Assembly (NCBI GenBank): GCA_036170035.1
Contig: JAVHOK010000048.1
Span: forward strand, 1 to 32,944
Direction of reading: 5' to 3'
Length of the DNA stretch: 32,944 nucleotides
Source: Minisyncoccota bacterium
GTDB lineage: Bacteria > Patescibacteriota > Minisyncoccia > UBA6257 > JAGOQP01
The position numbers were made by a program, and so were the translations under genes. Each line of letters opens with the position of its first letter. Within the stretch, counting starts at the first letter, position 1. Positions 15,408 to 22,579 of this stretch are shown here, in pieces. The notes beneath the pieces were generated by a model. It had not been told where the DNA came from. It saw only the letters and a program-made list of their open reading frames with translations, and did not search any database.

Positions 15408-15439
15408 AAAAAACAAAGGATTTTATTCCTTTGTTTTTA
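15408..15439. terminator. bidirectional intrinsic terminator between convergent genes
   Basis: AAAAACAAAGG (15409-15419) pairs with CCTTTGTTTTT (15428-15438) around an 8-nt loop. A-run and T-run flanks are present. Confidence 0.7.
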
Positions 15440-15453
15440 TTTGACACTTATTA

Positions 15454-15744
15454 CTACATAATGTTTTTTAGTTTTTGAGCTTCTTCTTCAATTAGTTCGC
15501 CATCGTATTCACCGGAGTGGGCAGTAGATCCTTTGTAGCTAGTTCTTTTTTGATCAAGATGTAAATTAATAATTATATTTTCATTTTCTGATTTTGAGTA
15601 GGCGTGAAAGCGAGGATAATCATCTCCTCCAAGACGACGAGAGAAAGAAAGTTCTCCAGTTTTTTCATCTTGACCAATAAATCCATACCCAGCTCTTCTT
15701 AAAAAATTAAGTGGGGTTTCGGTTGTCTTTATAATAATTTTCAT
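15454..15744 (-). CDS. hypothetical protein (co-oriented 25 nt downstream of the ABC-F gene)
   Basis: 96-aa ORF with protein-like composition (PRFHAY, LHLDQKR, AHSGEYDGE). No family recognised. Confidence 0.55.
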   Translation of the reverse strand: MKIIIKTTETPLNFLRRAGYGFIGQDEKTGELSFSRRLGGDDYPRFHAYSKSENENIIINLHLDQKRTSYKGSTAHSGEYDGELIEEEAQKLKNIM

Positions 15745-15769
15745 AAATAAATTAATCAGTAGATATCTT

Positions 15770-17224
15770 TTAAAGAGTATCTAAATCTAATACTTTAGTA
15801 ATTTTAATTTGTTGAACAAAGTCGGGGATATGACTAACTAAAATCATAGCGCCTTCGTATGAATTTAATGCTTGGGCGATGATTGGAATATGACGAAAGT
15901 TTATATGGTTGGTTGGTTCATCTAAAATAAGAAGGCCTGGTTGCAAGAGCACAAGACGAGCAAAGGTGGTCAGACCTTTTTGTCCTTCAGATAGTGATCC
16001 TATTTTTGTTTTTAATATTTCGGAATCAAGAAGAAATCCGGCAGCAACGGAACGAAGATCTTGCTCTGTCCCATCTCTCATAACATCTTTTAAAACATCA
16101 TAGACCGTGGAATTAAAATCAAGAGTTGAAAAATCTTGTTTATAATAACCGATACGAATTCCCTTTGTGATGCGTTCGCCTTTTGCGTGTTCAGTGGTGA
16201 TTTTTTCAAGAAGGGTTGTTTTCCCTATTCCATTTGGCCCAGTCAGTAAGAGCCGTTCTTTTTTCTTGAGTGTGACATCCACTTTTTTAATAGTTGGTTT
16301 ATGATTGCGAATAACAGTCACGGCATCTAAATTCAAAATGCGTCCGGCAATATCTTCTTGGCAGGGGATTTTGAATTTTCTAATAGTTTTATCTTCTCTT
16401 CGCTCATCCACTTTTTCTTCTGAAAGATCGTCTATTTTTTCTCTCATTTTACGGGCGACGTCGCGAAGATGGCCTCCTTTTTGGGCGAAAAAATTTGCTT
16501 GTTCTTTGCGATGAGCGATATCTTTTTCAAGACGAACATTTTTCATTCTTTCGCGCTCTAAACGATTTTGAATTTCCTTAACCACATCAAAATAATTTCC
16601 AGTGTATTGTTCTATTTTTTTTGTAAAACTGTCTAAATAAAGAACGCCTTGTGTAAATGCATTTAAAAAATCGGCATCGTGCGAAATGACAAGACAGGTT
16701 TTTTTGTAGGCAACAAGAAAATCTGTGAGGTGGGCAATCCCAGCTTTGTCAAGATTATTTGTTGGTTCGTCTAAAAGCAGAATGTCTGGATTTTGAATTA
16801 TAGCTTGTGCAAGAAGAAGACGCGCCTGTTGACCGCCTGAAAAACTTTTGATAATTCTATCTAAGGGTGCATTTAAGTTCACAATTTCTAAAACTTTTTC
16901 TATTTTGGGTTCAATGTTGTAGATTTTTTTTGAAAATCCTTTTTCAAAAAATTGGAGGATGGTTAGATCATTTTGTTCACGGGGAATGACTTGACGAGCG
17001 GTAGCAAGGGTTAATTCGTTTTTAACTACAATTGTTCCAGATTCGGGCTTGAGTTCACTGGTAATGAGTTTAAAAAGAGTGCTTTTACCAGCACCGTTTT
17101 GTCCCATAATGGTTATTTTAGAATTTTCACGAATAGAAAATTCAGCCTCATTAAGAATTGGTTTTTTGAAACCGTATTCAAAAGAGACTTTATTAAATCT
17201 AATAATAACTTCATTTTGCGCCAT
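15770..17224 (-). CDS. ABC-F family ATPase (translation-associated, EttA/Uup-like)
   Basis: Two tandem ABC cassettes and no TM domain. Walker A motifs are GQNGAGKST and GPNGIGKTT; signatures are FSGGQQARLLLA and LSEGQKGLTTFA. A charged inter-domain linker is rich in R/E/K. Confidence 0.85.
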   Translation of the reverse strand: MAQNEVIIRFNKVSFEYGFKKPILNEAEFSIRENSKITIMGQNGAGKSTLFKLITSELKPESGTIVVKNELTLATARQVIPREQNDLTILQFFEKGFSKKIYNIEPKIEKVLEIVNLNAPLDRIIKSFSGGQQARLLLAQAIIQNPDILLLDEPTNNLDKAGIAHLTDFLVAYKKTCLVISHDADFLNAFTQGVLYLDSFTKKIEQYTGNYFDVVKEIQNRLERERMKNVRLEKDIAHRKEQANFFAQKGGHLRDVARKMREKIDDLSEEKVDERREDKTIRKFKIPCQEDIAGRILNLDAVTVIRNHKPTIKKVDVTLKKKERLLLTGPNGIGKTTLLEKITTEHAKGERITKGIRIGYYKQDFSTLDFNSTVYDVLKDVMRDGTEQDLRSVAAGFLLDSEILKTKIGSLSEGQKGLTTFARLVLLQPGLLILDEPTNHINFRHIPIIAQALNSYEGAMILVSHIPDFVQQIKITKVLDLDTL

Positions 17225-17313
17225 AATATGAAAATTTGCATTAAAGAAGGTTTAGTATATAGTTTTTTGAGGTAATTAGCAACTTTTTTGAGATTTTTTG
17301 TAGTGTTGTAATA

Positions 17314-17342
17314 AAAAAGACGATCATTTGATCATCCTTTTT
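17314..17342 (-). terminator. possible intrinsic terminator after the 120-aa ORF
   Basis: GACGATCA / TGATCATC stem (one mismatch) with a TTT loop, flanked by A- and T-runs. Confidence 0.4.
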
Positions 17343-17346
17343 ATTG

Positions 17347-17709
17347 TTAATTTTTGTCTGTTATGATTAATTCTTTAAGTTTTTCGTTTGTAACTCCGCT
17401 AATTTGTAATTGCTTAGGGGAGATACAGTCATTTTCAATATCGTTGCTTTGTGCGGGTAAGATATAAACATTGCCACTTTTTGGGTATTTCCCTAGGACT
17501 ACTTTCATTCCTTCGTTTTTAAATCTTTCTAGTAGTTCGTCTATAGGAGTAGAATAACCGGGAAATTTTTCTTGAGCGGATTTTATTCTTGAGTATTCTT
17601 CTGGGTTAATCCCAGGAAAAGGGAAAACTTCTTGGCTTTCGCTAAATTCTATTGCTAAAGAAATTTTTCTTTCTTTTTTATTTTCTGGTGATGGAATTGT
17701 ATTAAACAT
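17347..17709 (-). CDS. hypothetical protein
   Basis: 120-aa ORF, 29 nt downstream of the EEP gene on the same strand. No motif recognised. Confidence 0.5.
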   Translation of the reverse strand: MFNTIPSPENKKERKISLAIEFSESQEVFPFPGINPEEYSRIKSAQEKFPGYSTPIDELLERFKNEGMKVVLGKYPKSGNVYILPAQSNDIENDCISPKQLQISGVTNEKLKELIITDKN

Positions 17710-17738
17710 ATAAAAGAATCATAGCACTGATAGATATT

Positions 17739-18506
17739 TTATTCAAATTCTAGTAAGAGAGGGGAATGATCAGAAATTTCATCTGGAAGAACTTCAAAAT
17801 TCTTAATATTTATTCCTTTAGTTGTAAAAATATAATCGGCGTGTCTTTCTGGTTTTTTATAGAATGAGGTGCGAGTAGATATTATTTTGTATTCCTTAAT
17901 TAAGTTTTTAAAACCATTTTTTTCAAATAGTTTTACACTTTCGGTGTCGGGCAATAAATTAAAATCGCCACATAAAATACAATCTTCATCCAGTTTTTTT
18001 ACAAACTCAAGAATATTTTTTGATTGTTGAATTCTATCTTCTGTGTCTGTTTTACCTTTTCCATTCCATAGACCGTGAAAATTTATAATAGTAACTGGCT
18101 TTTTATTTATAAATGTCTTTATGTATTGGATGTTTCTTGCATGACCGCCAACATCTCCTTCGGGCATATAGCCTTTATATTTATAAACAAACACTTCCCC
18201 CTCTTCATTTATAACTAGATTTTTGTTAATAAGCATCATTAGTCCATAATTATCAAGATGGTGGGGTCTAAAATAATTTAAATGATTAGATAGTAATTTG
18301 GATATTTCCTGTACGCCATACACCATAACCGCTTCATTGTTAATGTTTTTTCCGCCAGCGGGATGTCCTTCTAAATGTTTGTAAGGAGCCGACCACATTT
18401 CTTGTAAGCAAAATATATCAATTTCATTTTTATATTTATCAAAAAATGAAAGAAGTTTATTTTTACCAGCTCTTCCGCCCCATGTGTTTAATGTGATTAA
18501 TTTCAT
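17739..18506 (-). CDS. endonuclease/exonuclease/phosphatase (EEP, DNase I/ExoIII-like) family protein
   Basis: MKLITLNTWGG..., IFCLQE, CGDFN and SDHSPL are the EEP catalytic blocks. The start is moved to ATG 18506 because the listed N-terminal 30 codons (18507-18596) are the tRNA-Gln gene read as protein. Confidence 0.8.
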   Translation of the reverse strand: MKLITLNTWGGRAGKNKLLSFFDKYKNEIDIFCLQEMWSAPYKHLEGHPAGGKNINNEAVMVYGVQEISKLLSNHLNYFRPHHLDNYGLMMLINKNLVINEEGEVFVYKYKGYMPEGDVGGHARNIQYIKTFINKKPVTIINFHGLWNGKGKTDTEDRIQQSKNILEFVKKLDEDCILCGDFNLLPDTESVKLFEKNGFKNLIKEYKIISTRTSFYKKPERHADYIFTTKGINIKNFEVLPDEISDHSPLLLEFE

Positions 18507-18524
18507 AAAAATTTTAAATTTGGG

Positions 18525-18595
18525 CTGCGGGACCTGGATTCGAACCAAGATAACATGCTCCAGAGGCATGTGTCCTACCATTAGACGATCCCGCA
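18525..18595 (-). tRNA. tRNA-Gln (anticodon CTG)
   Basis: Minus-strand cloverleaf: TGCGGGA-TC-GTC-TAATGGTAG-GAC-A-CATGC-CTCTGGA-GCATG-TTAT-CTTGG-TTCGAAT-CCAGG-TCCCGCA-G. It has a U1:A72 pair and a 3-bp D-stem as in bacterial tRNA-Gln. It is followed by CCCA, not CCA. Confidence 0.85.
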
Positions 18596-18625
18596 ATAAT
18601 TTATTAAATTTTATATATGTTCGAA

Positions 18626-18718
18626 CGAACCAAGACCCGCCTGTTATTTTTTCAAAATAACATTCGGGCAGGTAATCTGCTCCAGAGGCATGTGTCCTAC
18701 CATTAGACGATCCCGCAA
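18626..18718 (-). pseudogene. rearranged partial copy of tRNA-Gln (5' half plus a T-arm fragment; no acceptor 3' strand)
   Basis: 18678-18718 is 41/41 identical to 18556-18596 (tRNA positions 1 to ~41). 18626-18635 matches 18541-18550 (CGAACCAAGA). A 42-nt hairpin-forming insert replaces 5 nt of the real tRNA. No TCCCGCA acceptor strand follows. Confidence 0.65.
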
Positions 18719-18739
18719 AACATTACTTTTTACTGATAA

Positions 18740-18768
18740 AATCTAACATATTTTTTTGATTTCTTCAA
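18740..18768 (-). promoter_or_regulatory. putative promoter for the pseudo-tRNA / tRNA-Gln / EEP transcription unit
   Basis: On the minus strand: TTGAAG (18768-18763), a 17-nt spacer, then TAGATT (18745-18740). It ends ~22 nt upstream of the partial tRNA copy. The AT-rich context lowers specificity. Confidence 0.35.
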
Positions 18769-18778
18769 TAAATTACTA

Positions 18779-18807
18779 TTGATAAAAAATATTTATATTG
18801 TTATATT
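18779..18807 (+). promoter_or_regulatory. putative divergent promoter for the 80-aa ORF
   Basis: TTGATA (18779-18784), a 17-nt spacer, then TATATT (18802-18807). It is followed by the SD GGGGGAG and ATG 18844. Confidence 0.35.
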
Positions 18808-18843
18808 TTTATTAGTAATCATAGAAAAGAATGGGGGAGCAAA

Positions 18844-19086
18844 ATGGAAGAAATTCCGTTCGTGGTTTCTCTTGGGGCCAGAAAAATAATAAAAGATTTA
18901 GTTGGTCTAGATCCAATTAGTAGGGAAAATGGTTTTGATCAATATATTTTTCCTGTTAAAAAAAGTAAAGATATGGATGATCTTCAAGCTCTTTTTGAGT
19001 TAGTCAAGGAGAATGGGATGGTTGTCAAATCATTGCGTTCCTTAGATCAAATTTCTTGGTTGATACAGATGGATGTAATAAATTGA
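18844..19086 (+). CDS. hypothetical protein
   Basis: 80-aa ORF with a strong SD (GGGGGAG, 4-5 nt spacing) and a downstream hairpin terminator. Confidence 0.55.
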   Translation: MEEIPFVVSLGARKIIKDLVGLDPISRENGFDQYIFPVKKSKDMDDLQALFELVKENGMVVKSLRSLDQISWLIQMDVIN

Positions 19087-19101
19087 GACGATTGAATTTT
19101 T

Positions 19102-19130
19102 GCCCCGTCACATGCTAAACGGGGCTTTAC
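19102..19130 (+). terminator. intrinsic terminator
   Basis: GCCCCGT (19102-19108) / ACGGGGC (19119-19125) stem followed by a T-rich tract. Confidence 0.55.
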
Positions 19131-19162
19131 TTTATATATTTTAATGCTAAAATCATAAAACT

Positions 19163-19369
19163 ATGAAAAATAAAAAAGAAATTCTCCAAGAATTTTTGGA
19201 TTCTAGTTTGGAGAATGTGGTTAGAATTGAGATTAGAGCGGGATTTTTACAAAATGAATATGCTAAAGAAAATAAACAGGCATTACTACAAGAAATGGCT
19301 CAGTTAGAATCAAATAAAAAAGAGACAGAAAAATGGGTTGAATACTTAAAAGATCAACTTACTAAATAA
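19163..19369 (+). CDS. hypothetical coiled-coil protein
   Basis: 68-aa ORF rich in E/K/Q/L, bracketed by two terminators. Confidence 0.45.
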   Translation: MKNKKEILQEFLDSSLENVVRIEIRAGFLQNEYAKENKQALLQEMAQLESNKKETEKWVEYLKDQLTK

Positions 19370-19372
19370 CAT

Positions 19373-19410
19373 AAAAAAATCACTCTGGTAATTACCAGAG
19401 TGATTTTTTT
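19373..19410 (+). terminator. intrinsic terminator
   Basis: ATCACTCTGGTA / TACCAGAGTGAT 12-bp stem with an A-run before and a 7-T run after. Confidence 0.75.
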
Positions 19411-19477
19411 ATGTTATTTTTGGGAAAGGTGATATAATCTATTTGTCGGGAAATTGTTTATAAAAATTACAATAAAT

Positions 19478-19747
19478 ATGAGGAATATAGGAACATTAGA
19501 TAGAATTATTAGAATTGTTTTAGCTTTGGTTATTTTTTATGTTGCTACTATGGTTAATATGGTTGATTATTTAAAAATAATCTTGGCGGTTATCGGAGGA
19601 CTTATTTTAGTGACATCAATAACAAGTTTTTGCTTTGTTTATAAAATATTTGGAATTTGTTCGTGCAAAAAAGTAGATAAAAATTGTGTTTGTGATAGTC
19701 ATATAGAAAAACCAGAGAAGTTATTAAAAGAAGAGGATAAAATTTAA
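19478..19747 (+). CDS. small membrane protein, DUF2892 (YgaP-like)-type
   Basis: GTLDRIIRIVLALVIF followed by two TM helices resembles the DUF2892 signature. ATG 19478 is preferred over the TTG at 19454 used in the ORF track. The tail is Cys-rich (CSCKKVDKNCVCDSH). Confidence 0.55.
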   Translation: MRNIGTLDRIIRIVLALVIFYVATMVNMVDYLKIILAVIGGLILVTSITSFCFVYKIFGICSCKKVDKNCVCDSHIEKPEKLLKEEDKI

Positions 19748-19752
19748 AAAAT

Positions 19753-20340
19753 ATGAAATATGAAGCAAAAGATTTTAGTCAATTAATCGGAATAGGGGGT
19801 TTTAGTGATAATGCACTAAATACTCATTTTTCTCTTTATCAAGGTTATGTAAATAATACGAATAAACTTTTAGAGGTTATTGATTTAATGTCAAAAGAAG
19901 AAAAAACAGGAACGCCAGAATTTTCTGAAACAAAAAGAAGATTGGGGTGGGAGTTTAATGGAATGCGTTTGCATGAATACTATTTTTCTGCTTTATCAAA
20001 AAATCCAGTTCTTATCAATCAGGAGAGCGAACTATACAAAAAAATAGTGGCGAATTTTGGAAGTTTTGAAAATTGGGAAAAAGATTTTAGAGCAACGGCA
20101 TCTTGTCGTGGTATTGGATGGGTGATTTTATATTATGATAAAACTAATGACAGCTTGATTAATTTTTGGATAGGGGAACATGATAAGGGTCATCCAACTG
20201 GACTTACTCCGTTGTTAAATATTGATGTATTTGAACATGCTTTTATGTTGGATTATGGAACAAAAAGAGTAGATTACATTGATGCTTTTATGAAGGCTGT
20301 GAATTGGAAAGAGGTTGAGAAAAGGATTGAATTGGATTAG
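19753..20340 (+). CDS. Fe/Mn-family superoxide dismutase-like protein (divergent N-terminal region)
   Basis: The C-terminal block NIDVFEHAFMLDYGTKRVDYIDAFMKAVNWKEVEKR matches the D-x-W/F-E-H-A-Y-Y-L-x-Y...NW motif of Fe/Mn SODs. Candidate ligands are the His in NTHF and LHEYYF, and the Asp/His in DVFEH. Confidence 0.7.
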   Translation: MKYEAKDFSQLIGIGGFSDNALNTHFSLYQGYVNNTNKLLEVIDLMSKEEKTGTPEFSETKRRLGWEFNGMRLHEYYFSALSKNPVLINQESELYKKIVANFGSFENWEKDFRATASCRGIGWVILYYDKTNDSLINFWIGEHDKGHPTGLTPLLNIDVFEHAFMLDYGTKRVDYIDAFMKAVNWKEVEKRIELD

Positions 20341-20359
20341 ATATAATTTTTTATATTGC

Positions 20360-21193
20360 CTATTTTATTTTTTTTAAAACAATGTTTGAAAATTGTTCTT
20401 TTTTTCCTTCGGGGATGATTCTACTAATTATAACTTCATTTTCTTGATCCACGGCTTCTATTAATTTTACTCTTTTTGAATTAATAAAAGCGTAAACCCC
20501 TGGATCAGGATTAAGAGCTTTTATTTTTCTAAAAATTATATTTGGATTGTCTTTATCTAAATCAACAAAACCATCTTCAGTGGTGAATTTTTTTGTGAAA
20601 GTAGTTTTTTGATGGTCCTGTTCTGTTATATTTATCTTGTTTTTTATAAAAAGAGGAAGAGTTGAAACAAGCATATCACCAGCTAGAACGGCAAGCTCCT
20701 CTTCTAACCCAATATGATTTTGTTCTTTTTTTATTTCTATTTTTTGACAAGTAAAAATTGGTCCATGATCCATTTTTTCATCAATTTTATAAAGACAGAC
20801 GCCAGTTTCTTTTTCGCCGTTTAATAAAACGGATTGAATAGGAGAAGCACCTCTGTATTGAGGCAATAATGATGGATGAACTCCAATAACGCCCATTGGG
20901 GGCAAATCTATAATATTTTGGGGAATTATTTTGGCATAAGCGGCAATAATAAAAAAATCAGCATTAATCTTTTGTATTTTTTCAAAAAAGATGTTGTCAA
21001 TTTTTTCTGGTTGAAAAATTTCTATTTGATTTTCTTCTCCAAGTATTTTGGTGAGTGGAGGAGTGACAATTTTTTTTCTTCCAACTGGTTTATCTGGATT
21101 GCAAACAATGGTTAACGGAGGAAAACCAGATTGAATAAGTTTTTTTAGTATAATCTCTGCAAATTTAGGTGATCCCCAGAATATATATTTCAT
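20360..21193 (-). CDS. fmt: methionyl-tRNA formyltransferase
   Basis: IGVHPSLLPQYRGASPIQ (formyltransferase core) and an N-terminal Rossmann-like MKYIFWGSPKFA. The conserved partner def lies upstream on the same strand. Confidence 0.88.
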   Translation of the reverse strand: MKYIFWGSPKFAEIILKKLIQSGFPPLTIVCNPDKPVGRKKIVTPPLTKILGEENQIEIFQPEKIDNIFFEKIQKINADFFIIAAYAKIIPQNIIDLPPMGVIGVHPSLLPQYRGASPIQSVLLNGEKETGVCLYKIDEKMDHGPIFTCQKIEIKKEQNHIGLEEELAVLAGDMLVSTLPLFIKNKINITEQDHQKTTFTKKFTTEDGFVDLDKDNPNIIFRKIKALNPDPGVYAFINSKRVKLIEAVDQENEVIISRIIPEGKKEQFSNIVLKKIK

Positions 21194-21222
21194 TATTAGT
21201 TTTTATTATTTTAGATAAATAT

Positions 21223-21275
21223 ATTATAACACATATACAACATACCAACAAACTGGAGTATGTAAGGATGTTATT
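21223..21275 (-). promoter_or_regulatory. 53-bp repeat copy A: promoter/operator-like cassette upstream of fmt
   Basis: 52/53 identical to 21562-21614. On the minus strand it reads TTGTTG (21251-21246), 17 nt, then TGTTATAAT (extended -10; TATAAT at 21228-21223). It contains the inverted repeat ACATAC-N12-GTATGT overlapping the -35. It starts at the stop codon of the HTH gene. Confidence 0.55.
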
Positions 21276-21552
21276 GTGTGTGTTGAAATGATCTCAAGAA
21301 GTTGGCAAATATTTTACCATAAGGTGATAAAGTGTTTTCTACAAATCTACCGTGATATTTTTTGTTAATAAGTCCTGCTTGGTAGAGTCGTCGAGTGTGC
21401 TCTCCTATGGTTTTTTCGTTGGCACCAGTTGTCTGTATTATGTTTTCGAGAGTCATCCTTTTGTTTTCAGCTATGAGTAATAATATCTCAATACGGTAAT
21501 GATTGGTAACGCCTTTAAGGTGTCTTTCCATTTGTTTTGGTGTTTTTGCCAT
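21271..21552 (-). CDS. ArsR/SmtB-like winged-helix transcriptional regulator
   Basis: 93 aa. HYRIEILLLIAENKRMTLENIIQTTGANEKTIGEHTRRLYQAGLINKK fits the ArsR-type HTH layout. No metal-binding Cys motif is present. Confidence 0.65.
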   Translation of the reverse strand: MAKTPKQMERHLKGVTNHYRIEILLLIAENKRMTLENIIQTTGANEKTIGEHTRRLYQAGLINKKYHGRFVENTLSPYGKIFANFLRSFQHTQ

Positions 21553-21561
21553 ATTTTAATA

Positions 21562-21614
21562 ATTATAACACATATATAACATACCAACAAACTGGAGTAT
21601 GTAAGGATGTTATT
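21562..21614 (-). promoter_or_regulatory. 53-bp repeat copy B: promoter/operator-like cassette upstream of the ArsR-like gene
   Basis: Same cassette as 21223-21275, with a single C/T difference at 21238 vs 21577. TATAAT ends 9 nt before ATG 21552, implying a leaderless or near-leaderless mRNA. It starts at the def stop codon. Confidence 0.55.
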
Positions 21615-22164
21615 TGTTGGTGATTAGATTGTTTTTGTATTCTTTTTTGTCTTCTATTGTCTTAAATATTTCTTTAGCTGAGTCTATAAAGAGTTTCCCA
21701 TTAATATGATCTATTTCATGTTGAAATATTCTGGCTAAAAATCCAGAAACGCTAATTTCAATTTTTTTGTTATTTTTATCAAGTCCGTTAATTGTTATCT
21801 TTGAAAATCTTTCTACTTTACCATAAAACCCTGGAACACTTAAACAGCCTTCATTATCAAGATTTTTTTGTTCAGATTTTTTTGTTATTTTAGGATTAAA
21901 AATAGCATAAAATTTTCCTTTATAGCCGTGTGTTTCTCTATCGGGTAATTGAGCAACAAATAATTTCATATCAAGTCCAATTTGATTAGCTGCTAAGCCA
22001 ATACCATTTGATTCAATCATTTTTTTTCTCATAAAAATCACCAATTCTTCTATTTCTTTTTTGGCGTGTTTAGTAAAATCAAAATCAGCTAGAACTTTTC
22101 TTAAAAGAATTAATTCTTTTTTATTGTTGATTGTCCAAATTTTTTTGTTTTGTTCTTCTATCAT
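21610..22164 (-). CDS. def: peptide deformylase
   Basis: All three PDF motifs are present: GIGLAANQIG, EGCLSVPG and QHEIDHINGKLF. Confidence 0.92.
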   Translation of the reverse strand: MIEEQNKKIWTINNKKELILLRKVLADFDFTKHAKKEIEELVIFMRKKMIESNGIGLAANQIGLDMKLFVAQLPDRETHGYKGKFYAIFNPKITKKSEQKNLDNEGCLSVPGFYGKVERFSKITINGLDKNNKKIEISVSGFLARIFQHEIDHINGKLFIDSAKEIFKTIEDKKEYKNNLITNK

Positions 22165-22489
22165 TTTTTTTAATTTTTATTTTTTTGGGTTTCTTTTTTG
22201 GTTTTCTAACTGATGGCTTACCTTTAATAATATCAATAAATCCTTTTTCTTTGGCAATTTTCATAAAATAGGCACCACCCTGAGTAATATTTTTTCTTTC
22301 TTTTATGTCTTTAACTATCTCCATTAATTTTTGATTGCTGATATATTTAGCCATCTTCATATAGAGAGTTTTGTGCTCGGAATCATTTAAGTCTTGCGCC
22401 ATTAAAAGCCCAGTGAGCTGATGTTTTTTGTAAACATGGCTTTTTTTGGCTCTTTCTTTTAAGGTGTCTAGGTAGTCTTTATTAATCAT
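22121..22489 (-). CDS. hypothetical basic protein with a Lys-rich tail
   Basis: 122-aa ORF whose 3' end overlaps the def start by 44 nt. The C-terminus is KPKKKPKKIKIKK. Confidence 0.5.
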   Translation of the reverse strand: MINKDYLDTLKERAKKSHVYKKHQLTGLLMAQDLNDSEHKTLYMKMAKYISNQKLMEIVKDIKERKNITQGGAYFMKIAKEKGFIDIIKGKPSVRKPKKKPKKIKIKKNDRRTKQKNLDNQQ

Positions 22490-22579
22490 CTTTACTGTAA
22501 TAATATACCAAAAACACCATTAAAATCAATTGTCTTTTTTTGATTTGAGATAATTGGGGTTTTGTGATAATATTTCCAA

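Noticed and set aside
18507-18596. N-terminal 30 codons of the listed 285-aa ORF (MRDRLMVGHMPLEHVILVRIQVPQPKFKIF)
   Set aside because: This stretch is the tRNA-Gln gene translated in frame. The EEP homology begins at the internal MKLITLNTWGG, so the CDS was trimmed to 17739-18506.
18522-18718. tRNA-Gln duplication as an attL/attR scar of an integrated mobile element
   Set aside because: Integrases duplicate the 3' part of a tRNA gene, but here the 5' part is duplicated. The two copies are only ~30 nt apart. No integrase, excisionase or other mobile-element gene lies in the flanks.
22121-22164. 44-nt overlap between the 122-aa ORF and def as evidence of a frameshift or fusion
   Set aside because: The def N-terminus aligns with the usual start region of deformylases. 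The upstream ORF's tail is a low-complexity Lys-rich sequence. Such overlaps are common in compact genomes, and nothing suggests a slippery site.
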